Virus record (IMG/VR): IMGVR_UViG_3300021197_001703
Length of the DNA: 64,000 bases
Direction: 5' to 3' (one strand)
DNA from: an uncultured virus (IMG/VR IMGVR_UViG_3300021197_001703)
Lineage: Duplodnaviria; Heunggongvirae; Uroviricota; Caudoviricetes
The notes under the pieces are model-generated. The model did not search any database. It was not told the origin of the DNA and was given only the letters and a program-made list of their open reading frames with translations. The position numbers and the translations under genes were made by a program. The first letter of the stretch is position 1, and each line of letters begins with the position of its first letter. Below, one piece after another: positions 18,826 to 28,803 of this stretch.

Positions 18826-18863
18826 ATGGCTATTCAAAATATATATTTTGGTAAACCTACCTC

Positions 18864-18892
18864 TTGCATTTTCCTACAAAGAGTGTTATATT
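18864..18892 (+). promoter_or_regulatory. sigma70-type promoter driving the candidate ncRNA
   Basis: TTGCAT (18864-18869), 17-nt spacer, TATATT (18887-18892) with an extended -10 TG. Confidence 0.7.
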
Positions 18893-18898
18893 AATAAC

Positions 18899-19142
18899 AT
18901 AGCAACAAAAAACTAATTACTTTTTGTTTATAGTGCAAGGAAGAGGCCTTTACCAGAAGGGTCGAACTTGACTGTCCAGGGGTGGTACCCAGGCTTGGTA
19001 GTAGAAATACGCTGAGTCACATCGCACTAACCCGCGGGGACAGGTTGTACGGTTTAGGAATGGTATTCCGGTCCGTGCTTGTAGGTGTACCCAAGTCCTA
19101 CCTATTATGCTTATATTAAAAGGCTCTTCGGAGTCTTTTTTT
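18899..19142 (+). ncRNA. Candidate stand-alone structured sRNA of about 240 nt (family not recognised)
   Basis: GC-rich island bounded by a promoter and a terminator, with helices 18931-18936/19024-19029, 18945-18963, 18969-18973/19015-19019, 19001-19010 (GAAA), 19047-19078 and 19081-19101; no sense ORF. Confidence 0.7.
19118..19142 (+). terminator. Rho-independent terminator
   Basis: AGGCTC-TTCG-GAGTCT followed by a T-tract. Confidence 0.88.
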
Positions 19143-19158
19143 ATGACTAAATATTTGT

Positions 19159-19578
19159 ATGAAGGACGAGTACACAACGGTCTTTTATGACCTTGTCCAA
19201 GAGACACAGTCCACTACAGGTTACGAACTTCCCTTAGAAGTTGAAGCGTATGTAGTAATGCTCCTTGCAGATAAGTTAGACAAACCAAATTTTCTTCCTC
19301 AAAAATCATTTGCAGAAGCATACTTGTCATTAAAACAACCTTATAGATTATCAGCAAAAGAACTGGGCGACACATGTCTTTTTGTTACAGGTGTATTTCC
19401 TGAATACGGATTGAGTGTTGATTACTATTCTAATATAGGTAAAAGCAGTTATAGTATTGCTACAACAAATTTTGATATTGAAATATTTGAACTATTATCG
19501 ACAAAATTTGATTTTGTACGTGAATTCATTAATATAGCAACAAAGCCAAAATATTCTCCAGTTTTGTCTATTAGATAA
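19159..19578 (+). CDS. Hypothetical protein resembling an uncharacterised bacterial family
   Basis: 139 aa; EAYVVMLL, KELGDTCLFVTGVFP and YYSNIGKSSY motifs; TAAATA at 19148-19153. Confidence 0.7.
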   Translation: MKDEYTTVFYDLVQETQSTTGYELPLEVEAYVVMLLADKLDKPNFLPQKSFAEAYLSLKQPYRLSAKELGDTCLFVTGVFPEYGLSVDYYSNIGKSSYSIATTNFDIEIFELLSTKFDFVREFINIATKPKYSPVLSIR

Positions 19579-19679
19579 ATACTTGTGTCAAATAGTGTGC
19601 CGCAAGGCGGACTTATGCTGTTTAACCCACAGCGTACTGGATAGAACCCAGATAGGACTACTTATATAGGAGAAAACAA
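19575..19679 (+). promoter_or_regulatory. Late promoter plus structured 5' leader
   Basis: ATAAATA at 19575-19581, hairpins at 19599-19608 (GCAA loop), 19614-19636 and 19637-19651, then an AGGAGA RBS. Confidence 0.55.
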
Positions 19680-20129
19680 ATGGGAAGACCAATAAATAAA
19701 AAGTTTTTCGGAGTACCTACAGCAGGTGGCAACGAAATCAAAGTAGACTTTCATAACGGCACAGCAGTTAAAGAAGGTTATATTGTTAAGCAATTAGGAT
19801 CTAAAAAGTTTCGTGTAGCGGCTATCGGTACACCAAATGATAAATTTGATCGTTTCTTAACAACAGGAAAATTAGCAACTGCACTTACTGGTACAGAAAT
19901 GGCTATTACTGTTAAAGGTGATGACGCAGAAACTTATCAAGTTTCTAAAATCTCTGGACGTAAAGCAACAATCATTTCACCAGATGGTACAGGCGCAAAC
20001 GCATTAACAGGAACATCAATTGCATGGAACTTTAGCACATCTAACACAGATAAAGCAGTACAGTTTGAAGAAGCAGGTGACGACGATACATTAGTTGGAA
20101 CTGATGATGATGACTTTGCTAACGCATAA
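19680..20129 (+). CDS. Probable virion structural protein (possible head decoration)
   Basis: 149 aa, monocistronic between a late promoter and a terminator, close to the capsid gene. Confidence 0.6.
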   Translation: MGRPINKKFFGVPTAGGNEIKVDFHNGTAVKEGYIVKQLGSKKFRVAAIGTPNDKFDRFLTTGKLATALTGTEMAITVKGDDAETYQVSKISGRKATIISPDGTGANALTGTSIAWNFSTSNTDKAVQFEEAGDDDTLVGTDDDDFANA

Positions 20130-20140
20130 GGAATAAATGT

Positions 20141-20169
20141 TGTAGGGGAGAAATCCCCTACATACTTTT
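20141..20169 (+). terminator. Stem-loop / probable terminator
   Basis: TGTAGGGGA-GAAA-TCCCCTACA followed by TACTTTT. Confidence 0.7.
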
Positions 20170-20180
20170 AAGGAATTATA

Positions 20181-21158
20181 ATGTCAAAATATTTAAGTGT
20201 ACCAAATGGTGATTATACAGTAAAAACGCAAAGTGGCGGGACTATACGTCTTGACACAGGATCAGGTGCTGGCGAAACAAGAGTTACAGGTGACCTTGTT
20301 ATTGAAGGTAACACTGTAAATGTAAGTACTGTAAACTTAGAAATTTCAGATAACATCATTGAACTTAACAAAGGCGAAACAGGTGCTGGAGTAGGTGAAG
20401 GAACATCTGGTATTAGAATTGACAGAGGTACAAAAGAGGACGCATTATTTTTAATTGACGAAACAATTGAACATGTAAATCCAAACGCACCAGCAACAGA
20501 AGTGTTTGGTACATTTGTATTTAGAGATGCAGTTGGAAATAATTTAGGTATTAGAGCGCCGAGCATTCAAACAGGCGGAAGTAGTTTGTATCTTGATACA
20601 AATGGGGAAACAGTTAAGATAGTTGGATCAGCGGTAACTTATAGTAACAGTATTAAAAACAATGACGATGATCATGCACTTGTAAATAAACTTTATCTCG
20701 ATGAAGTAGTTGATGCAACACTAAACGACTTAGCAATTAGAAAAATTGCAGACGGTAATACGCAAGTAGAAGTAACAGACGCTTCTGATATTAGCGGACA
20801 AAGTAGAGTTGACTTTATGATGGATAGTTCCATTATATCAACATTCTTTCCAGATAGAATTGAATTAAATGATGTACGTATTAAAGACCAAACTATCTCA
20901 GGAACAGTTAGTAACGGTGACTTAGTACTTGAAGCACCAGGCACAGGTACTGTAAGAATTAAAGATGTTTTAAATATTGCAACAACACCAGGAACTGATG
21001 ATGTTGCTGTTGATCCGTTAGCACCAGCAGACGGAGTAAGTCTTTATTCTAAGTCAGAAGGCCCAGGCAATACAGGCGTATATTACGTAAATACAAATAA
21101 CGAACGAGACGAATTAATTAGTAGAAATAGAGCCCTTATGTTTGGGTATCTATTGTAA
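20181..21158 (+). CDS. Virion structural protein (fibre-like)
   Basis: Beta-rich; ISDNIIELNKGE and GIRIDRG motifs; hydrophobic C-terminus. Confidence 0.7.
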   Translation: MSKYLSVPNGDYTVKTQSGGTIRLDTGSGAGETRVTGDLVIEGNTVNVSTVNLEISDNIIELNKGETGAGVGEGTSGIRIDRGTKEDALFLIDETIEHVNPNAPATEVFGTFVFRDAVGNNLGIRAPSIQTGGSSLYLDTNGETVKIVGSAVTYSNSIKNNDDDHALVNKLYLDEVVDATLNDLAIRKIADGNTQVEVTDASDISGQSRVDFMMDSSIISTFFPDRIELNDVRIKDQTISGTVSNGDLVLEAPGTGTVRIKDVLNIATTPGTDDVAVDPLAPADGVSLYSKSEGPGNTGVYYVNTNNERDELISRNRALMFGYLL

Positions 21159-21172
21159 GGATAAATATTAGC

Positions 21173-21529
21173 ATGGCATTAGCAAACATATTAATTGACA
21201 ATACACAAAAAGCAATAGTTACTGTACCAGCAAGTACTCAGTATGCTATCTTAACTTTAGTGGTTTGTAACACAGCGGCAGAAGACCTAAGTGGAGCAAA
21301 CGATGCAACTTTTGATTTATACATTGTTCCAGCAGTTGCTAATCCAAGCGGCACAGGATCAATTGCAGTAGGTGCTCAAACACAGATTGCAAAAAGAGTA
21401 AGAGTAGCAGGTTCAGACACATTTACGTTTGACACAGAGAAGATGGTATTAGCCGCTGGTGATAGAATTATATTAGAAGGACAAGCACCTTATAATCTAT
21501 CAGCAACAGTAAGTTACTTGGAAGTGTAA
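21173..21529 (+). CDS. Small structural adaptor-like protein (paralog of 28804 and 43125)
   Basis: 118 aa; shares the TVP..YA...VCN and C-terminal SY.E pattern. Confidence 0.65.
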   Translation: MALANILIDNTQKAIVTVPASTQYAILTLVVCNTAAEDLSGANDATFDLYIVPAVANPSGTGSIAVGAQTQIAKRVRVAGSDTFTFDTEKMVLAAGDRIILEGQAPYNLSATVSYLEV

Positions 21530-22056
21530 TGAAATTTCTTAAAGCACAAACAACTAATAATAGAGGAATCGACAGAGGTGTAGGTATTTTTTATAATACT
21601 GATCAAACTGTTGATATCAGATCTAAAAGTGCTTTGAAAGTTCCAGTAGGTGCAGACGCAGATCGTCCAGCATATCCAGCATTAGGTCAAATGAGATTTA
21701 ACACTACAAACAACAGTGTTGAATTTTATGATAATGGTGTTTGGAAAGAGATTAGACTTAAAGAACCAACACCAATTACACAACAAAGTTTAGGCACAGG
21801 AGACGGTACTGAAACTGTGTTTGGGCCTCTTAATGCTAACGACAGTTCATATCCAGTACCAGCATCAGCACAGAGTGCATTAGTAATTGTAGAAAACGTT
21901 TTACAGTTATCTGTAACAAACTACACATTAGAACAAAGTTCAAGTGGTAACCTTGCAGGACCAAATAGTCCATATGCAGACGGTTATTACATCAAATTCC
22001 TTTCAGCAGTACCAAACGGCAAAGCCGTAACAGTCCTACATAACTTCGACAAGTAA
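21529..22056 (+). CDS. Virion structural protein
   Basis: VPVGADADRP...GQMRFNTTNNSVEFY fibre-junction motif. Confidence 0.7.
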   Translation: MKFLKAQTTNNRGIDRGVGIFYNTDQTVDIRSKSALKVPVGADADRPAYPALGQMRFNTTNNSVEFYDNGVWKEIRLKEPTPITQQSLGTGDGTETVFGPLNANDSSYPVPASAQSALVIVENVLQLSVTNYTLEQSSSGNLAGPNSPYADGYYIKFLSAVPNGKAVTVLHNFDK

Positions 22057-22087
22057 ATCCAATAAATATAGTTAAGGAGTATTAACT

Positions 22088-24940
22088 ATGAGTTTGGGAA
22101 GAATATCCGGTCCGTTATTAAAGGCCAATTTACAGCGTGAAGCAGATCTTTCAGTAGAAACTAATCTACTGTACATAGGTCATACTGATGGTAAAATTGG
22201 TATTAACACAGTAACAAGGCCAAGGGATCTTACAGTTGACGGTACTTTAAAAGCAAGAAGCGCCGGACAAGACTTAACAGTAACTAATGATTTAAACATT
22301 GGTAACTTTACATTCGGTCCAGACGGTATAAGTGTTCCTTCAGGAAATATTAATATTAATCATGCCGGCGGTGCAGGTAGTGGAGTAGTTGTTGGCGGTA
22401 TTAAAACATCTTCAGTTGACATACAAAATAATTACATTGGCTCGCATACTACAAATGCTGATGTAGACTTTATTCCGCAAGGCGCAGGTACTAACGAACT
22501 TATTACAGCAGGACAAACAGTTGGTGTTGATGGTAACATTCATGCAACAGGTAATATTACATTTGATGGTAATGTTTTAATAGGCGGTGATGGTTCTGAA
22601 GATAACGTTAGATTCTTAGGAGACATTGATAGTGATTTAATTCCGGATGCTACTTCAACTTACAATATAGGTACTACTACTAAACGTTTTGACTTACAAA
22701 CAGAAGATTTTACAGTAACTAATAACATCGGCGTAGAAAATATTACAGTTGCTGGTATTGAAGTTACACTTTCGCAAGGTAACATATGGTATGTTGCTGT
22801 TAACGGTGACAATACTAATAGAGGAACAGCACCACAAGGTAGACTTGCAACAATTAAGTATGCATTGAGTCGAGCAACAGCAGGAGATACTGTTCTTATT
22901 GCGGCTGGCGATTATGAAGAACAGTGGCCATTAGAAGTTCCAGCAGGTGTTACAGTAAAAGGCCAAGACTTACGTAATGTTGAGATACGTCCGACCACTG
23001 ATAACCAAAGTGAAGACTGCTTCTTATTGAACGGTGAAAGCACTGTTGAAGACTTAACAATTAAAAACTTCTTTTATGACAGCACAAATGATAAAGGATA
23101 TGCTTTTAGATTTGCAGGTGACATGAAAGTTACATCACGTAGCCCATATGTTAGAAATGTAACAGTAATTACGCAAGGACAAACCACAAGTGCAAGTGAT
23201 CCAAGAGGATTCGATTCTGGTGATGCTGGTAAAGGCGCACTTGTAGATGGTAGTGTTTGTGATCATGATACAAATGAAGCAAGTATGTTATTCCATGCAG
23301 TAACATTTATTACTCCGGGTGTTGATGCACTTACAATGACTAACGGTGTTAGGGTTGAATGGTTAAATTCATTCGCTTATTTCGCTAATAGAGCAATGTA
23401 CATAGTGGATGGCGCTGGTAGATGGCGTAGTGATAGTGTATTAATTAAAGGTGGAGAAATAAGATCCATTGGTTCAGCAAGTGTGTATGGAAACAAAGGT
23501 ATTGAAGTAGATGGAGCAGACTGTTTAGCATATCTAATATCACATAACTTTGCTTATGTTGGTTCAGGAAAGAATGTAACAAATGATAATACACAATCTA
23601 TTGTTGCAAATGAAGTTACAAAATTAAATAACGGAAAAGTTTACTATCAATCACAAGATCAACAAGGTAACTTTAGAGTTGGTGATACATTTTTTGTAAA
23701 TCTTAAAGACGGTACAACAAGTATTGATGCTGATACTGTTGATGCTACGGGACTTTCAAGTTTAAGAGTAAGCTCAAACGCAGATACAACGTTTATTGAT
23801 GGCGGAATTGTTGAAACAGGTGCAATAAGAATTCTTTCTCCTAACACAATTAGATCCGTTGCAGGTCCAATTAACTTTGCATCTCCTTCAAACACACATG
23901 AGTTACTTACAAATACAAGAATGGCAAGTGTAGATGTTTCAGGAAACTTAACACTTGGCGGAAATATTGTAACACTTGGTGATCAACCAGGTGATACTGT
24001 TGACTTTACTACATCTTTTGCACAAGACTTATATGCAGATACTACAGACACATATACTTTAGGTACATCTACTAAACGTTGGAGGAAAGGTTACTTCAAT
24101 GAGTTAGCAGTAGATAGTTTTAATTTCAATGCAAATACTATTAGTGTTAATAATACAAATGAAGATTTAGATTTACGTGCAAGTGGTTCGGCAAATGTTG
24201 TATTTGACAATATTACTGCAAGAAGTAATATATTAGGATCGTATACTACTGATCTTACATTAGCACCAACTAATAATCTTACTATGTCAGCAACTAATAA
24301 CTTAGGACTTCCTACAGGTACTAATTTACAGCGTAAAGACAACGTTGGTGATTTACGCTACAATAACTCATTAGGAATATTTGAAGGTTATAGTGGTGGT
24401 AATGTTAGTTTTGACGGCTTATATGACACTGACCGAGATACATATATTGACCTAAGTAACAATCAATACTCATTAGTAACAGGAAATGCGGCTAATACAA
24501 CAATTAATCATTTAACATTAACTACAAATAGACTTGATTCACAAAATAGTTTCTCAATTGACGGTAATACAATAACAAGTGCTACACCTAATTCAGATAT
24601 TCAGTTTTTATCCAATGGTTTAGGGAGTATTGGTCAGGAAGATCTTACATTTAAAAACAATACTATTACAAATACACTTAATACACCATTTACATTTAGT
24701 CTTGCAGACATTTATTCATACTTAAAGTTTGATCAAACCAAAGGACTTGTAGTACCATTCGGTACAGATGCACAACGACCAGCAGTGCCAGCACAAGGTA
24801 TGACACGTTTCAACTCACAGCGTGGATACCTTGAAAGTTACAACGGAACACAGTGGGTTTTAGCGGCAGGTGGTGGTGAATCTGTTACTGAAGAATATGC
24901 CGAATCAATTAACTTCCTTTGGAACCTTATCTTAGGCTAA
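22088..24940 (+). CDS. Tail fibre/spike-like structural protein with a beta-helix domain
   Basis: 950 aa; WYVAVNGDN..TIKYAL..GDTV..GDY pectin-lyase-like entry and RSPYVRNVT; paralog of 25081. Confidence 0.75.
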   Translation: MSLGRISGPLLKANLQREADLSVETNLLYIGHTDGKIGINTVTRPRDLTVDGTLKARSAGQDLTVTNDLNIGNFTFGPDGISVPSGNININHAGGAGSGVVVGGIKTSSVDIQNNYIGSHTTNADVDFIPQGAGTNELITAGQTVGVDGNIHATGNITFDGNVLIGGDGSEDNVRFLGDIDSDLIPDATSTYNIGTTTKRFDLQTEDFTVTNNIGVENITVAGIEVTLSQGNIWYVAVNGDNTNRGTAPQGRLATIKYALSRATAGDTVLIAAGDYEEQWPLEVPAGVTVKGQDLRNVEIRPTTDNQSEDCFLLNGESTVEDLTIKNFFYDSTNDKGYAFRFAGDMKVTSRSPYVRNVTVITQGQTTSASDPRGFDSGDAGKGALVDGSVCDHDTNEASMLFHAVTFITPGVDALTMTNGVRVEWLNSFAYFANRAMYIVDGAGRWRSDSVLIKGGEIRSIGSASVYGNKGIEVDGADCLAYLISHNFAYVGSGKNVTNDNTQSIVANEVTKLNNGKVYYQSQDQQGNFRVGDTFFVNLKDGTTSIDADTVDATGLSSLRVSSNADTTFIDGGIVETGAIRILSPNTIRSVAGPINFASPSNTHELLTNTRMASVDVSGNLTLGGNIVTLGDQPGDTVDFTTSFAQDLYADTTDTYTLGTSTKRWRKGYFNELAVDSFNFNANTISVNNTNEDLDLRASGSANVVFDNITARSNILGSYTTDLTLAPTNNLTMSATNNLGLPTGTNLQRKDNVGDLRYNNSLGIFEGYSGGNVSFDGLYDTDRDTYIDLSNNQYSLVTGNAANTTINHLTLTTNRLDSQNSFSIDGNTITSATPNSDIQFLSNGLGSIGQEDLTFKNNTITNTLNTPFTFSLADIYSYLKFDQTKGLVVPFGTDAQRPAVPAQGMTRFNSQRGYLESYNGTQWVLAAGGGESVTEEYAESINFLWNLILG

Positions 24941-24952
24941 TATCCAAAAACG

Positions 24953-25080
24953 ATAAATACTATTAATGCAATGAAGGGCTGGCCAAGCCGTTGCAGGACA
25001 AACCGTGGTTATCCAGCGATAGAGGCAAGTATTTGTCTGACAGGGTAGAGGGACAGGATCCCCGTTTATAGGAGAAAAAG
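24953..25080 (+). promoter_or_regulatory. Late promoter plus structured 5' leader (candidate cis-regulatory RNA)
   Basis: ATAAATA at 24953-24959; hairpins at 24967-24995, 24996-25014, 25023-25038 and 25050-25063 ahead of the RBS and GTG start. Confidence 0.55.
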
Positions 25081-28000
25081 GTGGCAGTTGGTCGTATATC
25101 TGGTCCGCTTTTGAAGGCAAATTTGCTTCGTCAAGGAGTGGATTTAGCGTTTGAAACAGACTTACTTTACTTAGATGTTAATAATAGCCGTATTGGTATT
25201 AAGACATCAACACCGTCAGCCGAGCTCGATATAAACGGTTCAGCAAGGATACAATCTTTAGACATTTTAGACACAACACTACCAATTGGTAATATAACAA
25301 TTGATGGTGGTACTAATACAATCTCTACTTCAGCAAGTCAATTTAATATTGCAACTCCAAACAGTGTAATTTACCAAGATAGATTACAAATTGATGATAT
25401 TGAAATTGACGGCAGTGTAATTCGCACATTAGGAACTAATCAAAACTTAGAATTTCGTCCTAACGGGACAGGTACTATTAACTTTGTAGGTAATACAAAT
25501 GTTACTGGTAACTTACATGCAACTGGTAACATCAGTGCAGACGGTGATATTACTATTGGTGATGACGATACAGATACTATCACTATTAATGCCGACATAG
25601 CAAGTAATATAATACCGGATACAACAAACACATATACAATTGGTAGTTCAACTAAAAAGTGGAATCATGGTTACTTTGATGATGTAACAGCAACAACAGT
25701 TGTTGCAAACAGTATTACATTGTCAGACTTAGACTTAACATCAACACCAGGCAATATTTATTATGTTGCTAAGAATGGTAACGATACAAATGCTGGCGAT
25801 CACCCACAAGCACCATACACAACTATTACAAAAGCACTAACTTCTGCAACAGCAGGAGACACTATTCACATTTATCCTGGTAATTACGAAGAAGTATTTC
25901 CGTTAACAGTACCAGCAGGTGTTGCAATATTAGGTGAAGGCATTAGATCAGTAAACATTACACCTACTGCTGGAACAAATAACAATGACTGCTTTATATT
26001 ACAAGGCGAAACAAGTGTTATGAACTTGTCAATTAAAGACTTTTACTATAATAGTGTTGCTGACGAAGGTTATGCTTTTAAATTTGCAAGTAACTTTAAT
26101 GTTACTTCAAGATCACCTTACATTAAAAACGTAACAGTAATTACAAAAGGTAGTGTAACAAGTGCAAGTGATCCAAGAGGGTTTGATCAAGGAGATGCAG
26201 GACGTGGTGCATACGTAGATGGTGCAGTAGCAGTTTCAGGATCAAGAGAAGCATCAATGCTTTTCCATGCAGTAACATTTATTGTTCCTGGAGCAGTTGG
26301 ATTATATGTAACTAACGGTGCAAGAGTTGAATGGTTAAACTCTTTTGTATACTTTGCAGACAAAGCGATGCAAGGTATTAATGGTTCTACAGGATTAAAA
26401 GGTACAGGACGTACTAAAATTAAATTAAGCGGACTTGTTGGAACACCAACAGCGTCTGAAGTGTTTCAATACACACAAGCCGGCGGAACTGTAATTAGTG
26501 CAACAGTAAATGAAGTAGACGGAAACTACATTTACCTAAATGGTAATGCCGCTGGACTTGAAACTAAATTTGAACGTGGCGGAAAAACAGTAGTTGTTTC
26601 AGGCCAAGCACAAATAGATACAACAATTAAAAAATACGGCACTGGTAGTTTACAATTAGACGGTACTGGCGACTATATCAGTATTGCAAACGATCCAGAC
26701 TTTGGTTTAGGAACAGCAAACTTTACTATTGAAGGTTACTTTTATGCTAATAGTGTAACAGGTACAACATCATTAGTTGATATGAGAGCCGGTACTGCTT
26801 CTGACACAGGCTTATACATATATCAAGTAGGCGGTACGGTAAAAGTTTATTACAACGGTGCAGATATATTATCCGGCGGAACGTTATCAACTACAACATG
26901 GACACACGTTGCAGTATCACGTTCAGGCAATACAATTAATTTATATGTTAACGGAACAAGAGTTGACAGTGATAACGCATTTAGTACCACACTTGGAACA
27001 AGTAAACCATTTATTATTGGTGCAGTGTATGATGCTTCAAATGCCTGGAACGGTTATGTAGATGACTTTAGAATTTCAGACAGTGCAAGATATACAGCAG
27101 GTTCTTATACACCACCATTGAACGAAGTTGCAAACGATAATAACACTAAATTGTTATTAAGATTTAACGGTACAGATACTTCAACAACACTTGATGACGA
27201 AACTATTTTAGATCAAACAATTGGCTTTGGTGGAGGTGCATATGCAACTGGAATGGAACTGGTTGACTTCTCAGACTTTGGTTGTGAGATTAGATCAATT
27301 GGTAGTGCATGTGTTTATGGTAACTATGGAATATACGGCGACGGTAACGGCGTTGTTATGTATCTTATCTCTCAGAACCTTGCATACATTGGTAACGGTA
27401 AAGCAGTTGATAATGATCCTTCAACAGTTGTGCAAAGTCAAGAAGTTACAAAATTAAATAATTCAAACATTTACTTTAGTTCAGTTGACCATAAAGGTGA
27501 CTTTAGAGTTGGTGATGTATTCCATGTTGACCAATCATCTGGTACTGTTAACTTTACTAACGCAAACTTTAACGTTGATACTTTACAAAGTGTTAGATTT
27601 AGCACTGGCACAAGTACAACTATTATTGATGGCGACAAGATTCAAACAGGTAACACAAGATTAAGTGGCAACACTGTAGAAAGTTTAAGTGGAAACTTGA
27701 ATATCGACAGTGCTGATGGTATTATTAATTTTGCAGACAATGTAAACATCACAGGAAACTTAGATGTAACAGGAGATGTTACAATAGGTGGTAACATTAC
27801 AATTGGTGATGAAGCAAGTGATAGTATTAACATTGTGGCAGGTATTGCAAGTAACCTTGTACCAAGTCAAGATGGAACATATGACTTAGGTACTTCAAGT
27901 TATGAATGGAAGAAAGTTCATACAGGAGAAGTACAAGTTGATGATATTAATATTAATACGAATGTTATTCAAACAACTAACACAAACCAAGATTTAGAAT

Positions 28001-28791
28001 TACGTGCAAGTGGTACAGGAAGTATTGTTGTAGACGATTTAAGTTTTAAAACTAATATTATTTCAACACCAGGTGACATAGTTCTTAATCCAGGAAGTGA
28101 AACAGTTAAGATTGATTCAACAGGTTCATTAACATTACCAAAAGGTACAACAGCACAACGTCCAGGTACAGCAGTAAATGGTATGATACGTTACAACACA
28201 GACACAGATGTGTTTGAAGGTTATGACGGAGCATGGATTACTCTTAACGGTGTACGTGACAATGACCAAGATACTTATATTACAGCAGAATTAACTCCAG
28301 GCGCAGACGATGACACACTACGGTTTTATGCACAAGGAAATTTAATTGCTGATGCTAACGCAACACGGTTCAATGTTGCCAAATTATTAGTTGATGACAT
28401 TGAAATTGAAGGAAATACTGTAAGAACCATTACTACAAACGCTGATTTGAACCTTTTAGCAAACGGAACTGGTAAAGTTATTGTAGAAAATTTTGGATTC
28501 AACGCAAATTCGATAACTAATACTGTAGCCGGCGCTATTACTACACTTGCACAAACAGGTGATGGTTACTTCAAAATTGAAGGAACGGGTGGTTTTGTTA
28601 TTCCAACAGGAACACTACTAAACAGACACCCAACACCGGAGACAGGCATGATGCGTTTTAATACGCAAGACGATAGAGTTGAAATTTACGACCAAGCAGG
28701 GCAGTGGGTTTCAGTAGCAGGTAGTTCAGGTGCTGTATCAGCACAAGACGCAGAAGAAATTGCTATTAAAATGGCAGTAACAATAGGATAA
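25081..28791 (+). CDS. Tail fibre/spike-like structural protein with beta-helix and LamG/concanavalin-like domains
   Basis: 1236 aa; N-terminus shared with 22088; LamG motifs FTIEGYF, WTHVAVSR and GYVDDFRIS at about 26620-27170. Confidence 0.8.
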   Translation: MAVGRISGPLLKANLLRQGVDLAFETDLLYLDVNNSRIGIKTSTPSAELDINGSARIQSLDILDTTLPIGNITIDGGTNTISTSASQFNIATPNSVIYQDRLQIDDIEIDGSVIRTLGTNQNLEFRPNGTGTINFVGNTNVTGNLHATGNISADGDITIGDDDTDTITINADIASNIIPDTTNTYTIGSSTKKWNHGYFDDVTATTVVANSITLSDLDLTSTPGNIYYVAKNGNDTNAGDHPQAPYTTITKALTSATAGDTIHIYPGNYEEVFPLTVPAGVAILGEGIRSVNITPTAGTNNNDCFILQGETSVMNLSIKDFYYNSVADEGYAFKFASNFNVTSRSPYIKNVTVITKGSVTSASDPRGFDQGDAGRGAYVDGAVAVSGSREASMLFHAVTFIVPGAVGLYVTNGARVEWLNSFVYFADKAMQGINGSTGLKGTGRTKIKLSGLVGTPTASEVFQYTQAGGTVISATVNEVDGNYIYLNGNAAGLETKFERGGKTVVVSGQAQIDTTIKKYGTGSLQLDGTGDYISIANDPDFGLGTANFTIEGYFYANSVTGTTSLVDMRAGTASDTGLYIYQVGGTVKVYYNGADILSGGTLSTTTWTHVAVSRSGNTINLYVNGTRVDSDNAFSTTLGTSKPFIIGAVYDASNAWNGYVDDFRISDSARYTAGSYTPPLNEVANDNNTKLLLRFNGTDTSTTLDDETILDQTIGFGGGAYATGMELVDFSDFGCEIRSIGSACVYGNYGIYGDGNGVVMYLISQNLAYIGNGKAVDNDPSTVVQSQEVTKLNNSNIYFSSVDHKGDFRVGDVFHVDQSSGTVNFTNANFNVDTLQSVRFSTGTSTTIIDGDKIQTGNTRLSGNTVESLSGNLNIDSADGIINFADNVNITGNLDVTGDVTIGGNITIGDEASDSINIVAGIASNLVPSQDGTYDLGTSSYEWKKVHTGEVQVDDININTNVIQTTNTNQDLELRASGTGSIVVDDLSFKTNIISTPGDIVLNPGSETVKIDSTGSLTLPKGTTAQRPGTAVNGMIRYNTDTDVFEGYDGAWITLNGVRDNDQDTYITAELTPGADDDTLRFYAQGNLIADANATRFNVAKLLVDDIEIEGNTVRTITTNADLNLLANGTGKVIVENFGFNANSITNTVAGAITTLAQTGDGYFKIEGTGGFVIPTGTLLNRHPTPETGMMRFNTQDDRVEIYDQAGQWVSVAGSSGAVSAQDAEEIAIKMAVTIG

Positions 28792-28803
28792 TAGGAAAAT
28801 AAG

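Noticed and set aside
18950..19207. 85-aa minus-strand ORF over the sRNA
   Set aside because: Runs against a clear plus-strand promoter and terminator and overlaps the next gene
24932..25120. 62-aa minus-strand ORF
   Set aside because: Overlaps both flanking genes antisense; the region reads as a structured leader
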